Shown: positions 28,334-36,910 of the stretch, in pieces
How the letters are laid out: every line of letters starts with the position of its first letter
Numbering within the stretch: position 1 is the stretch's first letter
Origin: a virus
Taxonomy: Duplodnaviria; Heunggongvirae; Uroviricota; Caudoviricetes
Reading direction: 5' to 3' (one strand)
Length of the DNA stretch: 40,392 bases
IMG/VR virus record: IMGVR_UViG_2617271049_000009
Coordinates: 1-40,392 of that record
The notes under the pieces: model-generated
The model's database searches: none
Told to the model about the DNA's origin: nothing
What the model saw: the letters and a program-made list of their open reading frames with translations, nothing else
Translations under genes and position numbers: made by a program

Positions 28334-29143
28334 TCAATGAACGGTATCGAGCAGCTTTAACAGCTCAGGGAATCGGGATTCGAAGAAATGCGGCTGCGTC
28401 TCGCGCGGATTTGCGGGACTGGTGATGTTCTTGCCGAACATGCAGCCTTTCGCTGTCAGCGACCAGAATTTTTTGATGTTGTTAATCGCGGTACGGCTGT
28501 ATCGTTCGCGCTGCTCGACGATCCCCAGCTTCACCATCTGGTGATATGCCTGATTAGCCGTCAGGCGGATACCATACTGTTTCAGCAGTGCACTCAGTGA
28601 CAGTGTCGGGCGACTTGAGCCATCAGGCGCGTCAGCAGGAGCATCAATGGCATAGCGCGGTGCCAGATTCGGTAAGCCAACAGCCTCCTGGAGTTTCTGA
28701 CAGGCCCCAAGCACAGATGAGTTAGACAGGTTTAACTCCCGACGCATAAAGTCCAGCAGAATCACACCAGCCTGCATCTTGTCAGCAGCCTGTCCGGATA
28801 ATTTTTCCGGTGCACTGGTTACCATATCGAAAGTACGGATCACCTTCAGATGGAATGACGGGCTGATCCACATTGCATAGGCATACACCAGTTCTTTGCA
28901 GACATACGTCCCCTGGTTATTTCCGCCATTAATGACGCTAACTGGTTGATTTTGTTCCAGAGGCGTAATTCCACCCTCGGTGAAAAGTTGTTCAATCAAT
29001 TCACAGGTTTGCTTATTGGAGAGCCAGTATTTCGGGCGGTTTTTTTGTTCTCCCCCGGCTGCCCTGTGCAGATCGTTCAGGCTGTAACGCCCATAAGCAT
29101 CACGACGAACTTCAATACCATCAATGACCATCAGATTATTCAT
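28334..29143 (-). CDS. KilA-N domain protein / antirepressor-like (269 aa)
   Basis: N-terminal YSLNDLHRAAGG...PKYWL...VCKELVYAYAMWISPSF matches the KilA-N pattern as I recall it. Confidence 0.7.
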   Translation of the reverse strand: MNNLMVIDGIEVRRDAYGRYSLNDLHRAAGGEQKNRPKYWLSNKQTCELIEQLFTEGGITPLEQNQPVSVINGGNNQGTYVCKELVYAYAMWISPSFHLKVIRTFDMVTSAPEKLSGQAADKMQAGVILLDFMRRELNLSNSSVLGACQKLQEAVGLPNLAPRYAIDAPADAPDGSSRPTLSLSALLKQYGIRLTANQAYHQMVKLGIVEQRERYSRTAINNIKKFWSLTAKGCMFGKNITSPANPRETQPHFFESRFPELLKLLDTVH

Positions 29144-29162
29144 ACTTCGTTTCTCCTCTTAA

Positions 29163-29552
29163 TCAGGCGGCTGCACCCGCCGTTTTCTCGTACTTACTGA
29201 TAGTGATCTCGACCTTCCCTTCCGGGATAACCGGTCCCCACTCCACCAGCATTCTTTTCACCTGGCTGTCGTCTTCCCACACACCCGCGTGGGTCAGGGC
29301 GTCAAACAGCGCCTTGTTATAGTTGTCCAGATCGCGGATCCGGTTATCCGGAGGAAACAACACGATCTCCACTGAAGCAGGTGCCGACGTTGGTTTTGGC
29401 AAACGACGTAACTGCTCAACTATTGCTGCACACGCCGCGCTCTGGAATTTGCGCCCCGCCGCGCTTATCAGGCTCTTACCAGCAAACGCCCCTTTGTTGG
29501 GGTGTCGCCAGTACGTGTTCACGCTGGGCGGAAAAGGCAGGATCAGCTTCAT
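29163..29552 (-). CDS. rusA: Holliday-junction resolvase RusA-like (129 aa)
   Basis: Size and sequence pattern (PPSVNTYW...DLDNYNKALFDAL) recalled from the RusA family; nin-region position. Confidence 0.75.
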   Translation of the reverse strand: MKLILPFPPSVNTYWRHPNKGAFAGKSLISAAGRKFQSAACAAIVEQLRRLPKPTSAPASVEIVLFPPDNRIRDLDNYNKALFDALTHAGVWEDDSQVKRMLVEWGPVIPEGKVEITISKYEKTAGAAA

Positions 29553-30202
29553 GCCACCATCTCCCTGACCAGTTTTTCTGCCTGCTGGCGAACCTGCGCC
29601 AGAAAGGCCTCACCACATGCCTCAAGTTCATCGCGCCCGATGTAGCTGATTGCCGGTCCCTTCCAGGTCTTGTCAAAAACAGCAATAGCACCAGCGAAGA
29701 AAGCGCCTGTCGGCACCTGCTTCTCATCTTTCGGGATAAACCAGGCAGGCAGTTCAAAACCAATACGCCCGCGAATAAAAGCAATATGGTCCGCATCTTC
29801 CGGCCACCACACTTCGCTGGTGGCAGCTTTGATCAGGAAAACATAGCGCCCGCCCTTATCACGCATGGCACTGGCATGTTTCATGATGTAACGCATGCCG
29901 GTGATGTATTGCCCCTCATGCTGACTGGCGCGGCTGTATGGGGGATTACCAAAGGCAGCACCTTTAAGCTCCGCAAGACGTTCTGACCAGTCATGCGCCA
30001 GCGCGTTGTCTTCCGCAGTGTAATAAGCGGCACATTTGGCGTTATCACCATCAGTGAACAGATCCAGAACAAACGGGCCAAACAGGGTGTTAATTCCCCA
30101 GAAAATGTTGTCCGGCGTGCGCCACTGATCGCCCACTTCCTTCAGTTCATGGCCTGGTTTGTTCCGCAGCTCCACCAGCGCCTGGCAATATTTATTACTC
30201 AT
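29549..30202 (-). CDS. phage N6-adenine DNA methyltransferase, Dam-type (ATG at 30202; ORF extends to a GTG at 30235)
   Basis: Catalytic NPPY motif (FGNPPYS); ATG overlaps the upstream stop as TAATG. Confidence 0.75.
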   Translation of the reverse strand: MSNKYCQALVELRNKPGHELKEVGDQWRTPDNIFWGINTLFGPFVLDLFTDGDNAKCAAYYTAEDNALAHDWSERLAELKGAAFGNPPYSRASQHEGQYITGMRYIMKHASAMRDKGGRYVFLIKAATSEVWWPEDADHIAFIRGRIGFELPAWFIPKDEKQVPTGAFFAGAIAVFDKTWKGPAISYIGRDELEACGEAFLAQVRQQAEKLVREMVA

Positions 30203-30690
30203 TAAGCCCCCACGTAATTCCCTGACAGATACCACTCTTCACCCGATGCAGAGCGCTTGCTGCTTTGCCGTAAGCACCGCTCACGATGCGCCAGAAAATT
30301 GTTTCGTTCTGGCTGGGAGTGGCTTTCACGGAATGCCTCCATCCACACCGTTGCGGCTCGACGGAATAAGCCCCTGGACTCCAGTTCTTCAGCCTGGCGG
30401 GTCAGGCACAAAATCACCCGGGGGTCGTTAGTGCCGACATAGAAATTACGCACAGGTCTGGTTTCACGAACTGGTTGTGGTTTCGGCTCCTGCGCTCTCT
30501 CAGTCAGGCGCGGGAAATGTCTGCGTGTATCTCCTTCACAACGGTGAGCCACACGCCCACTCTGACGTAACTTGCTTGCTGACTGCAGAACGCGCTGCCG
30601 TGAGTAACCAGCAAAAGCATCCGCAATGTCTCCGGAAGTACACCCCGGATGGGCTTCAATGAATTTCTGAACGTCATTTAACAGACTCAT
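30202..30690 (-). CDS. PerC-like putative transcriptional activator (162 aa from ATG 30690)
   Basis: Segment AEELESRGLFRRAATVWMEAF resembles the PerC-family signature as I recall it; coupled to the replication gene stop. Confidence 0.45.
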   Translation of the reverse strand: MSLLNDVQKFIEAHPGCTSGDIADAFAGYSRQRVLQSASKLRQSGRVAHRCEGDTRRHFPRLTERAQEPKPQPVRETRPVRNFYVGTNDPRVILCLTRQAEELESRGLFRRAATVWMEAFRESHSQPERNNFLAHRERCLRQSSKRSASGEEWYLSGNYVGA

Positions 30691-30692
30691 GA

Positions 30693-31634
30693 TCACCCCC
30701 TGAATCCTGCCGGGATCTGGCTGTAGTCCACGTTGTCGTAACTGGATTTGAAGTACGGGTCTTCGCGTTTTTCGGTGTACGTGCTTACGGACGGCGATAA
30801 GCGCAGGGAAAGCTCATCCCATTTTTCCCGCAGCTTCGACGGGCTGAGCACGTTACGGCACCAGAACGGATCGCGGCTGACGCGGCTGTACATCTCGCAG
30901 ATTTGTTTGTGAGTACGACCATCCTGCACACACATCAGGCGAATTTCGTTTGCCCAGGCTGTCCAGTTCGGTTCTTTGGGACGAACCACCTCGCCGTCAC
31001 ATTCGGCAGCCTGCTCGTACAGGGCAATGATTTTTTTCCAGAGCCACTGTGCACAGGTCAAATCATCCTGCGTTCCCCACTGGCGCTTTTTAGGGCTGAA
31101 TACAACCGCATCAGGATGGCGAGTTAAAAAATCCTGTTCAGCCGTCTGCGTGTCCGGTTGCGAAGCGTCCGGACGAGAAGGTTTTTTATCTGACGGATCA
31201 TGTTTTGATTTTACTGACGGATCCCCGCCAGATTCTGACGGGTGAAAACCCGCTTTTTTGCCAGATTTCGACGCATCAAATTTTGACGGGTCAGATTTTG
31301 ATGCGTCAGATTTTGACGGGTCAGAATCTGACAGTTGAGAAAATGCCGCTGCCTGAAGCTTCGCAACGTTAAGCTGATAAACATTCGACGCATTGCGGTT
31401 ACCCTGGCGACGCGCCTTACGCGTTAACCAGCCTTCTGCTTCCAGCCGTGCGATAGCCGTTCTGACGGTACTCATCCCCGCGCCAATCTGACGGGCAATG
31501 GTTTCAATTGATGGCCAGCACACACCTTCGTCATTACTGAAATCAGCCAGGCGGGCCATAATTGCCACGCTGGATAACTTCATGCCTGATGCAGCGCAAC
31601 CATCCCATACATAGCCGGTTAATTTAGTGCTCAT
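30693..31634 (-). CDS. replication initiation protein (O-like, 313 aa) with internal iteron-encoded linker repeats
   Basis: N-terminal HTH-like DNA-binding region, central D/S/K-rich repeat linker encoded by tandem DNA repeats, Trp-rich C-terminal region; position downstream of the CII-like gene. Confidence 0.7.
   Translation of the reverse strand: MSTKLTGYVWDGCAASGMKLSSVAIMARLADFSNDEGVCWPSIETIARQIGAGMSTVRTAIARLEAEGWLTRKARRQGNRNASNVYQLNVAKLQAAAFSQLSDSDPSKSDASKSDPSKFDASKSGKKAGFHPSESGGDPSVKSKHDPSDKKPSRPDASQPDTQTAEQDFLTRHPDAVVFSPKKRQWGTQDDLTCAQWLWKKIIALYEQAAECDGEVVRPKEPNWTAWANEIRLMCVQDGRTHKQICEMYSRVSRDPFWCRNVLSPSKLREKWDELSLRLSPSVSTYTEKREDPYFKSSYDNVDYSQIPAGFRG
31185..31335. repeat. iteron array inside the replication gene (five tandem 15-bp units CAGATTTTGACGGGT at 31261..31335 plus degenerate copies upstream); putative origin
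   Basis: Tandem repeats read directly from the sequence. Confidence 0.65.
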
Positions 31635-31643
31635 GACCGACCT

Positions 31644-31982
31644 CTATTTCCCTGAATTTACGACGAAACTGTTCGAGCGGGCTGAAGCACTCATGCTCAT
31701 AGCCTTCACGGAGGTAGATAACCCGTTGTGTTTCCGGCTCCCAACGAATGACTCTGACGGGTACTCCGTAGTGATCTTTGAACCAGCGGTTAACTTGTCG
31801 CAAAGGACTGTCTCCTTCTGCCGGTTGAAATCACCCACAGCCCACTCAGCAAAGCTGTGGGTTACAATTTCCCTGTCACCTGGTACATTTACTGCATAGC
31901 AATACTCCACCTTCGCTTTTCCACCCGGTACAGGAAGCGCAATCAGTTGCGAGCGACGGTAGTGTGTTGTTAAACTGTTCAT
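31644..31982 (-). CDS. hypothetical early-region protein (112 aa)
   Basis: ATG overlapping the stop of the upstream gene (ATGA); same orientation as flanking early genes. Confidence 0.5.
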   Translation of the reverse strand: MNSLTTHYRRSQLIALPVPGGKAKVEYCYAVNVPGDREIVTHSFAEWAVGDFNRQKETVLCDKLTAGSKITTEYPSESFVGSRKHNGLSTSVKAMSMSASARSNSFVVNSGK

Positions 31983-32530
31983 GCGTTAGTTTCTCCACAG
32001 TCACGACACGCCACGGCGCCCGGAGCTGCACACTCGCGGGCGTCACTACTTTCTGAAACGCAAAAGATTTTGTAGACCAGTGCTGCATGCTCCTGCAGCT
32101 TCGAAATTGAGAGGTACAGCTCATCGTTAATTGCTGTCTTCTCATGCGGTTCCACTACACCATCTTCAATTGCTGAACGAATCTGTTTTGAATAACTGCC
32201 GATCTGTTCAATGACCTCCAGCAGGCGTTGGTTGATATCGGCGTTGTCCACATCCTCGATGTCAGGAAGAGACACAAAGACGCCATTTGCAGACTGCGCC
32301 ACAGCGTCAGCAATGAAGTGAGTTCCACCAGCACGTTGCAAAATCATTGCCCATCCCAGCGGGAAAATCTGATCGCCATCGGCACGAAGGCGGTTAAATA
32401 ATGCGTTCTCTGTTACATCCAGCCAGTCAGCAGCTTCAGCGTACCCCCCCGGCAACGCTGCGATAGTTTTTCTGACAGCTTTCACGTACCACTCAGGCTG
32501 TTTTTCTACTTTCCAGTGATGCTTACCCAC
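31979..32530 (-). CDS. CII-like regulatory protein (183 aa, GTG start)
   Basis: GTG start with strong AGGAGG SD, overlapping the cro stop; position immediately after cro. Confidence 0.55.
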   Translation of the reverse strand: MGKHHWKVEKQPEWYVKAVRKTIAALPGGYAEAADWLDVTENALFNRLRADGDQIFPLGWAMILQRAGGTHFIADAVAQSANGVFVSLPDIEDVDNADINQRLLEVIEQIGSYSKQIRSAIEDGVVEPHEKTAINDELYLSISKLQEHAALVYKIFCVSESSDARECAAPGAVACRDCGETNA

Positions 32531-32783
32531 GGTTCACCTCCTGTTCCTGTGGTTTAAACCCATTCTGGTTTTGGCTAGATTGAAAACGTGCCGGATAAAG
32601 AATCTGCATTTCGCTGACTTCACCCTTAAAAAAATTGGCTAAACGTTCTGCAAGCTCGATAGATGGAATCTGCTCCAGCCTCTCAATACGACTCAACGTC
32701 GCTGGATTGACTTGAACACCCGCAGCAACATGCTGCAAAGTGAAACCATGCGCCTTACGCACATTTCGTAATGGTGATTGCAT
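32523..32783 (-). CDS. cro: Cro-like HTH repressor (86 aa)
   Basis: XRE-type HTH (FTLQHVAAGVQVNPATLSRIERLEQIPS); divergent from the CI-like gene across an operator-rich spacer. Confidence 0.8.
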   Translation of the reverse strand: MQSPLRNVRKAHGFTLQHVAAGVQVNPATLSRIERLEQIPSIELAERLANFFKGEVSEMQILYPARFQSSQNQNGFKPQEQEVNRG

Positions 32784-32797
32784 ACGCCCTCCAAATA

Positions 32798-32860
32798 TTG
32801 CGCGTTATGCATGTTATTTCACGCAATTATTTTGCGCAAGTTGATTTGCTTATCACGCAA
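32798..32860. promoter_or_regulatory. immunity-region operators: two tandem 29-bp elements (TTGCGCG-N15-CACGCAA and TTGCGCA-N15-CACGCAA) between cro and cI
   Basis: Repeated imperfect inverted-repeat elements read directly in the 97-bp divergent intergenic region. Confidence 0.55.
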
Positions 32861-32880
32861 TAAAGAAATGTAATAAACGC

Positions 32881-33573
32881 ATGAACATAGGAAACCGAGT
32901 CAGACAACTTCGCCAAGCGAAGAACATGAAAATCGCCGATCTCGCTGAAGCGATAGGAGTAGATGCGGCGAACATCTCGCGCTTAGAAACGGGTAAGCAA
33001 AAACAATTTACCGAACAAACACTGAGTAATATTGCCAAGAGCTTAGGTGTTGATATTGCTGATCTCTTTACCTCTGCCCACAAAAGTAATACTGTATATA
33101 AAAACAGTAATAATGAGGATGTTGCGCAGGTGAAGGATGTGTTCCGTATTGAAATGCTGGATATCAGTGCCAGTGCGGGAAATGGCCTTATCCAGGGCGG
33201 TGATGTCATTGATGTGATTCATGCCATCGAATACAGAACTGATAATGCTGTATCAATGTTCGGCGGACGACCAGCCAATCACATCAAAGTTATCAACGTT
33301 CGTGGGGACAGTATGTGTCCAACCATTGAGCCAGGAGATCTCATCTTCGTTGATGTCAGCATCAATCAGTTTGATGGTGATGGTATATATGTCTTTGGTT
33401 TTGATGACAAAATATACGTTAAAAGACTTCAAATGATTCCTGACAAACTGCTGGTGATTTCTGATAACCAGATTTACCGTGAATGGGGAATTACTAGCGA
33501 AAACGAACACCGATTCATGGTCTTTGGAAAGGTCTTAATCAGTCAGTCGCAAACCCTTAAGAGACATAATTAA
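32881..33573 (+). CDS. cI: CI-type prophage repressor, XRE HTH plus S24 (LexA-like) peptidase domain (230 aa)
   Basis: N-terminal HTH (MKIADLAEAIGVDAANISRLETGK); C-terminal S24-like region with GDSM (Ser) and VKR (Lys) motifs. Confidence 0.88.
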   Translation: MNIGNRVRQLRQAKNMKIADLAEAIGVDAANISRLETGKQKQFTEQTLSNIAKSLGVDIADLFTSAHKSNTVYKNSNNEDVAQVKDVFRIEMLDISASAGNGLIQGGDVIDVIHAIEYRTDNAVSMFGGRPANHIKVINVRGDSMCPTIEPGDLIFVDVSINQFDGDGIYVFGFDDKIYVKRLQMIPDKLLVISDNQIYREWGITSENEHRFMVFGKVLISQSQTLKRHN

Positions 33574-33592
33574 CCTCAATATCCCATCCATC

Positions 33593-33616
33593 GGCCACCG
33601 AAAGGTGGCTTTTTAT
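33593..33616 (+). terminator. Rho-independent terminator after cI
   Basis: GCCACC-GAAA-GGTGGC hairpin followed by TTTTTATT. Confidence 0.65.
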
Positions 33617-33627
33617 TACCTATAAAT

Positions 33628-33664
33628 TTGCATATCTCGCAAATATCACTTGCATATCTCGCAA
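33628..33664. promoter_or_regulatory. two direct copies of TTGCATATCTCGCAA spaced 22 bp (candidate OL-type operators or promoter elements)
   Basis: Exact 15-mer repeated at 33628..33642 and 33650..33664 immediately after the cI terminator. Confidence 0.45.
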
Positions 33665-33828
33665 TTTAATTTTATCTTTTGTTCCAGACCAACTACAGGA
33701 TTACAACAAAATCTAGTTGCAACACGGTGCATGTGTCGTAAGCAGTCAGTAAATGTCAAAAACGAACAGGCAGGACGCCCACGAAGTAGCCGCCTGGGGC
33801 ATATGAAGTCCAGGATGATTCGTTAGCA

Positions 33829-33855
33829 ACAAAAAAGCGCCCTACAGGACGCTTA
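33829..33855 (-). terminator. terminator-like hairpin for the convergent 144-aa gene, lying upstream of and antisense to the 68-aa gene
   Basis: Minus-strand reading AGCGTCCTGTAGGGCGCTTTTTTG. Confidence 0.4.
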
Positions 33856-33912
33856 GCTCTTTAACAATCTGGTCCCCATCAACAAGTAACTGATAACTTG
33901 AGGAGGTGTGAA

Positions 33913-34119
33913 ATGCACAAAACAGAACCAAAAATCGTCGCGCCCGGATACACAAATGAGGAAATTTACGAGTGGATGGCAAAGAAGCTGGCAGCTATAA
34001 ACCAGCTTCGTGAAGTGCTGTCTTATCGACAGGAAACAATAGACTCCTTAAAAAAACTGGATCAGGAAATCACGGTTTTATCACAGGATGCTACTTTAGA
34101 TATTGTGCAGACAAATTAG
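33913..34119 (+). CDS. small hypothetical protein (68 aa), first ORF downstream of cI
   Basis: ATG with GGAGG SD; AT-rich; 3' end overlaps the convergent 144-aa gene by 29 bp. Confidence 0.5.
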   Translation: MHKTEPKIVAPGYTNEEIYEWMAKKLAAINQLREVLSYRQETIDSLKKLDQEITVLSQDATLDIVQTN

Positions 34120-34525
34120 GATCCCATTCATTTTCGTCAAAATCATCAAAGTGATGAATTTGTGATCTCCAGTCACGATAATCTAAAAATTTCTGGGCGG
34201 TTACGCTTATTTTATCAAGTGTGAGTTCATCCTGAATTGAAAGAAGAAGTTCATCAAATTTCATCTCATTAATCTGTTTTGGCATCCAGTGATGCTTCAT
34301 CAGAATAAGGTGAACCAGAGCCTTTTTCCCATTCAACTGATTATAGGGAGTGCCGAATTTCTTCCGGTGCTCATGTAAGACAAGGTCCAGAAGAGTAAGT
34401 AATGTTGCTCTTGATTCAACTTTGCTTATTTCGACTGATGACACTACCCCACTGATTTCAATGCCCCGATACTTTCCAACATTTTCACAGTGGGATTTGT
34501 ACAGCGTATAGATATTACCGGACAT
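34091..34525 (-). CDS. hypothetical protein (144 aa), oriented against the early leftward operon; candidate lysogen-expressed cargo
   Basis: ATG with AAGGAAAAG SD; AT-rich; convergent with the 68-aa gene; direct repeats immediately upstream of its start. Confidence 0.6.
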   Translation of the reverse strand: MSGNIYTLYKSHCENVGKYRGIEISGVVSSVEISKVESRATLLTLLDLVLHEHRKKFGTPYNQLNGKKALVHLILMKHHWMPKQINEMKFDELLLSIQDELTLDKISVTAQKFLDYRDWRSQIHHFDDFDENEWDPNLSAQYLK

Positions 34526-34540
34526 TTCTTTTCCTTTTGC

Positions 34541-34592
34541 GTTGTTGGGGATAACCAGATTAACCGAATCCTTGTTGTTGGGGAATAACCAG
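34541..34592. repeat. two direct repeats GTTGTTGGGG(A)ATAACCAG spaced 33 bp, 16 bp upstream of the 144-aa gene start
   Basis: Read directly; near-identical 18/19-mers. Confidence 0.6.
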
Positions 34593-34812
34593 GTCCACCT
34601 CGCCTGATGTGGCTAAAAGCAGGCACATAACAGCTAAGTATTTTTAACCAGAGAGAATCCTTAGCGTTGTGGTGAATGCGGCTCAGCGCACGCGGGTTAA
34701 GGTTGAGGCTGACAGTCGACCTTCTGTGGATACCCACCCGTCTGGTGTGCAACCTTCGCCAGGCACCGGGAGGCACCCGGCACCACAACTTTATGCTGTG
34801 TGTAGTCCTGGA

Positions 34813-34945
34813 GGTACCAGTTTGTACCCTTGCTTCCGGCTGGTACCGTCCTTTTTACAAAACAGAGAAGAGCATCACCGGACGACGGGCTCATAACCCA
34901 ATCCATCCGGGCGGCTGCCACCGCAGGTGTTCTTCTCTGTTTTGT
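34813..34945. other. GC-rich non-coding region with nested inverted repeats: 8-bp stem GGTACCAG/CTGGTACC and a perfect 15-bp inverted repeat ACAAAACAGAGAAGA / TCTTCTCTGTTTTGT separated by 59 nt; candidate structured RNA or recombination/regulatory site
   Basis: Inverted repeats read directly; no plausible ORF (only Arg-rich junk frames); GC content higher than both flanking genes. Confidence 0.4.
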
Positions 34946-34993
34946 GGAGAAACTAATCGGCCTTGCAGGGTCGATATGATGAGGAGCAGCAAA

Positions 34994-35356
34994 ATGGCTA
35001 GCGAACGCAGTACTGATGTGCAGGCATTTATCGGGGAGCTGGACGGCGGCGTATTTGAAACCAAAATCGGCGCAGTTCTCAGTGAAGTCGCTTCCGGTGT
35101 GATGAACACGAAAACCAAAGGTAAGGTCTCACTCAACCTGGAAATCGAACCATTTGATGAGAACCGTGTGAAAATCAAACACAAACTCTCATATGTTCGC
35201 CCGACTAACCGCGGGAAAATTTCCGAAGAAGACACCACCGAAACGCCGATGTATGTCAATCGCGGTGGTCGCCTGACTATTCTGCAGGAAGACCAGGGAC
35301 AGTTACTGACTCTTGCCGGTGAACCTGACGGAAAACTCCGCGCAGCAGGTCGTTAA
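34994..35356 (+). CDS. hypothetical protein (120 aa), YfdP-like by position and size
   Basis: ATG with GAGGAG SD; the longer ORF from 34676 has an Arg-rich N-terminal extension judged non-coding. Confidence 0.55.
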   Translation: MASERSTDVQAFIGELDGGVFETKIGAVLSEVASGVMNTKTKGKVSLNLEIEPFDENRVKIKHKLSYVRPTNRGKISEEDTTETPMYVNRGGRLTILQEDQGQLLTLAGEPDGKLRAAGR

Positions 35357-35421
35357 TATCGTTTTTAATTAACTGATTATTTATCTCATCACTGAATATC
35401 TTTATATAGTGAGGACTTATT

Positions 35422-36246
35422 ATGTCTCAGAACTTAGACGCAACCGCAATTAATCAAATCCATGCCCTTATTTCTGCTCAGGGTGTTAATGAAATTATCA
35501 GTAAGATTGGTGCCGATGCTGTGGCATTGCCTGAGAATTTCCGCATTCATGATCTGGAAAAATTTAATTTAAATCGCTTCCGTTTCCGTGGTGCGCTTTC
35601 CACTGCCAGCATCGATGACTTTACCCGTTATTCTAAAGATCTTGCAGATGAAGGCACCCGCTGCTTTATCGATGCTGATAATATGCGTGCCGTCAGTGTG
35701 CTTAACCTGGGTACTATTGATGAACCAGGTCACGCAGATAACACCGCCACACTCAAACTGAAAAAGACAGCACCGTTCTCTGCTCTGTTGTCTGTTAACG
35801 GCGAGCGTAACTCCCAGAAGTCACTGGCAGAATGGATTGAAGACTGGGCCGACTATCTTGTGGGCTTTGATGCTAATGGTGACGCTATTCAGGCAACAAA
35901 AGCGGCTGCGGCTGTCCGTAAAATCACGATTGAAGCAAACCAGACCGCTGATTTTGAAGATAATGACTTCAGCGGCAAACGCTCCCTGATGGAGTCTGTC
36001 GAAGCGAAGACCAAAGACATTATGCCAGTGGCATTTGAATTTAAATGCGTTCCGTTTGAAGGTCTGAAAGAACGTCCGTTTAAATTACGCCTCAGTATTA
36101 TCACTGGCGATCGTCCTGTACTGGTTCTGCGCATTATTCAGCTGGAGGCGGTGCAGGAAGAAATGGCTAACGAATTTCGTGATCTGCTTGTTGAGAAATT
36201 CAAGGACAGCAAAGTAGAAACCTTTATTGGTACTTTCACCGCCTGA
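35422..36246 (+). CDS. hypothetical protein (274 aa), YfdQ-like
   Basis: ATG with GAGGA SD; length and neighbourhood match my recollection of the CPS-53 yfdQ block. Confidence 0.6.
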   Translation: MSQNLDATAINQIHALISAQGVNEIISKIGADAVALPENFRIHDLEKFNLNRFRFRGALSTASIDDFTRYSKDLADEGTRCFIDADNMRAVSVLNLGTIDEPGHADNTATLKLKKTAPFSALLSVNGERNSQKSLAEWIEDWADYLVGFDANGDAIQATKAAAAVRKITIEANQTADFEDNDFSGKRSLMESVEAKTKDIMPVAFEFKCVPFEGLKERPFKLRLSIITGDRPVLVLRIIQLEAVQEEMANEFRDLLVEKFKDSKVETFIGTFTA

Positions 36247-36373
36247 TTTCATTACTGCAAATGCCCTTGCGGGGGCATTTATGGAAACGTAATTTACTCA
36301 ATAATCGCCGGATGGTGAGGGATTCTTTTTACCAGAATTCAGCGCGGTGCAGCGCATATACGTGGAGAACAAA

Positions 36374-36910
36374 ATGTCATTTATTAAAACTTTTTCCGGG
36401 AAGCATTTTTATTATGACAGGATAAATAAAGACGACATCGATATTAACGATATCGCGGTTTCCCTTTCAAATATCTGTCGCTTTGCCGGTCATCTTTCGC
36501 ACTTCTACAGCGTCGCCCAACATGCGGTTCTTTGCAGCCAGTTGGTGCCGCAGGAATTTGCTTTTGAAGCGTTAATGCATGATGCAACAGAAGCGTATTG
36601 CCAGGACATTCCCGCACCACTGAAACGCCTTCTTCCTGACTATAAACAAATGGAAGAAAAAATAGACGCCGTAATCCGTGAGAAATACGGGTTACCCCCA
36701 GTTATGAGTACGCCCGTGAAATATGCCGATCTCATCATGCTGGCAACCGAACGCCGCGATCTCGGGCTTGATGATGGCTCTTTCTGGCCTGTACTGGAAG
36801 GTATCCCGGCAACAGAGATGTTCAACGTGATTCCACTGGCACCGGGCCATGCCTACGGGATGTTTATGGAACGCTTTAACGAGTTATCGGAGTTACGCAA
36901 ATGCGCATGA
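36374..36910 (+). CDS. HD-domain phosphohydrolase (YfdR-like, 178 aa from ATG 36374; ORF opens at 36347)
   Basis: H...HD metal-binding pattern (HAVLCSQ...MHDATEAY) typical of HD hydrolases; GGAG SD before 36374. Confidence 0.65.
   Translation: MSFIKTFSGKHFYYDRINKDDIDINDIAVSLSNICRFAGHLSHFYSVAQHAVLCSQLVPQEFAFEALMHDATEAYCQDIPAPLKRLLPDYKQMEEKIDAVIREKYGLPPVMSTPVKYADLIMLATERRDLGLDDGSFWPVLEGIPATEMFNVIPLAPGHAYGMFMERFNELSELRKCA

Noticed and set aside
31185-31335. CRISPR array
   Set aside because: The tandem repeats are 15 bp with no spacers and lie inside a coding sequence; they are iteron-like, and no cas genes or repeat-spacer structure exist anywhere in the window.
33913-34119. The 68-aa protein as a lambda N-type antiterminator
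   Set aside because: It is the first gene of the leftward operon, as N is, but lacks the arginine-rich N-terminal motif; left as hypothetical.
34541-34592. Type III toxin-antitoxin (ToxI-like repeat RNA) upstream of the 144-aa gene
   Set aside because: There are only two repeat copies, no terminator between repeats and the gene, and the protein does not obviously resemble ToxN/AbiQ; kept only as a repeat feature.
34676-34993. N-terminal extension of the 226-aa ORF (34676..35356) across the GC-rich structured region
   Set aside because: The extension is Arg-rich junk with no SD; a good SD and ATG at 34994 give a 120-aa protein matching the expected size, so the upstream part is treated as non-coding.
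34526-34993. Retron (msr/msd) interpretation of the structured non-coding region
   Set aside because: No reverse-transcriptase ORF is present anywhere nearby; the flanking genes are small and show no RT motifs.
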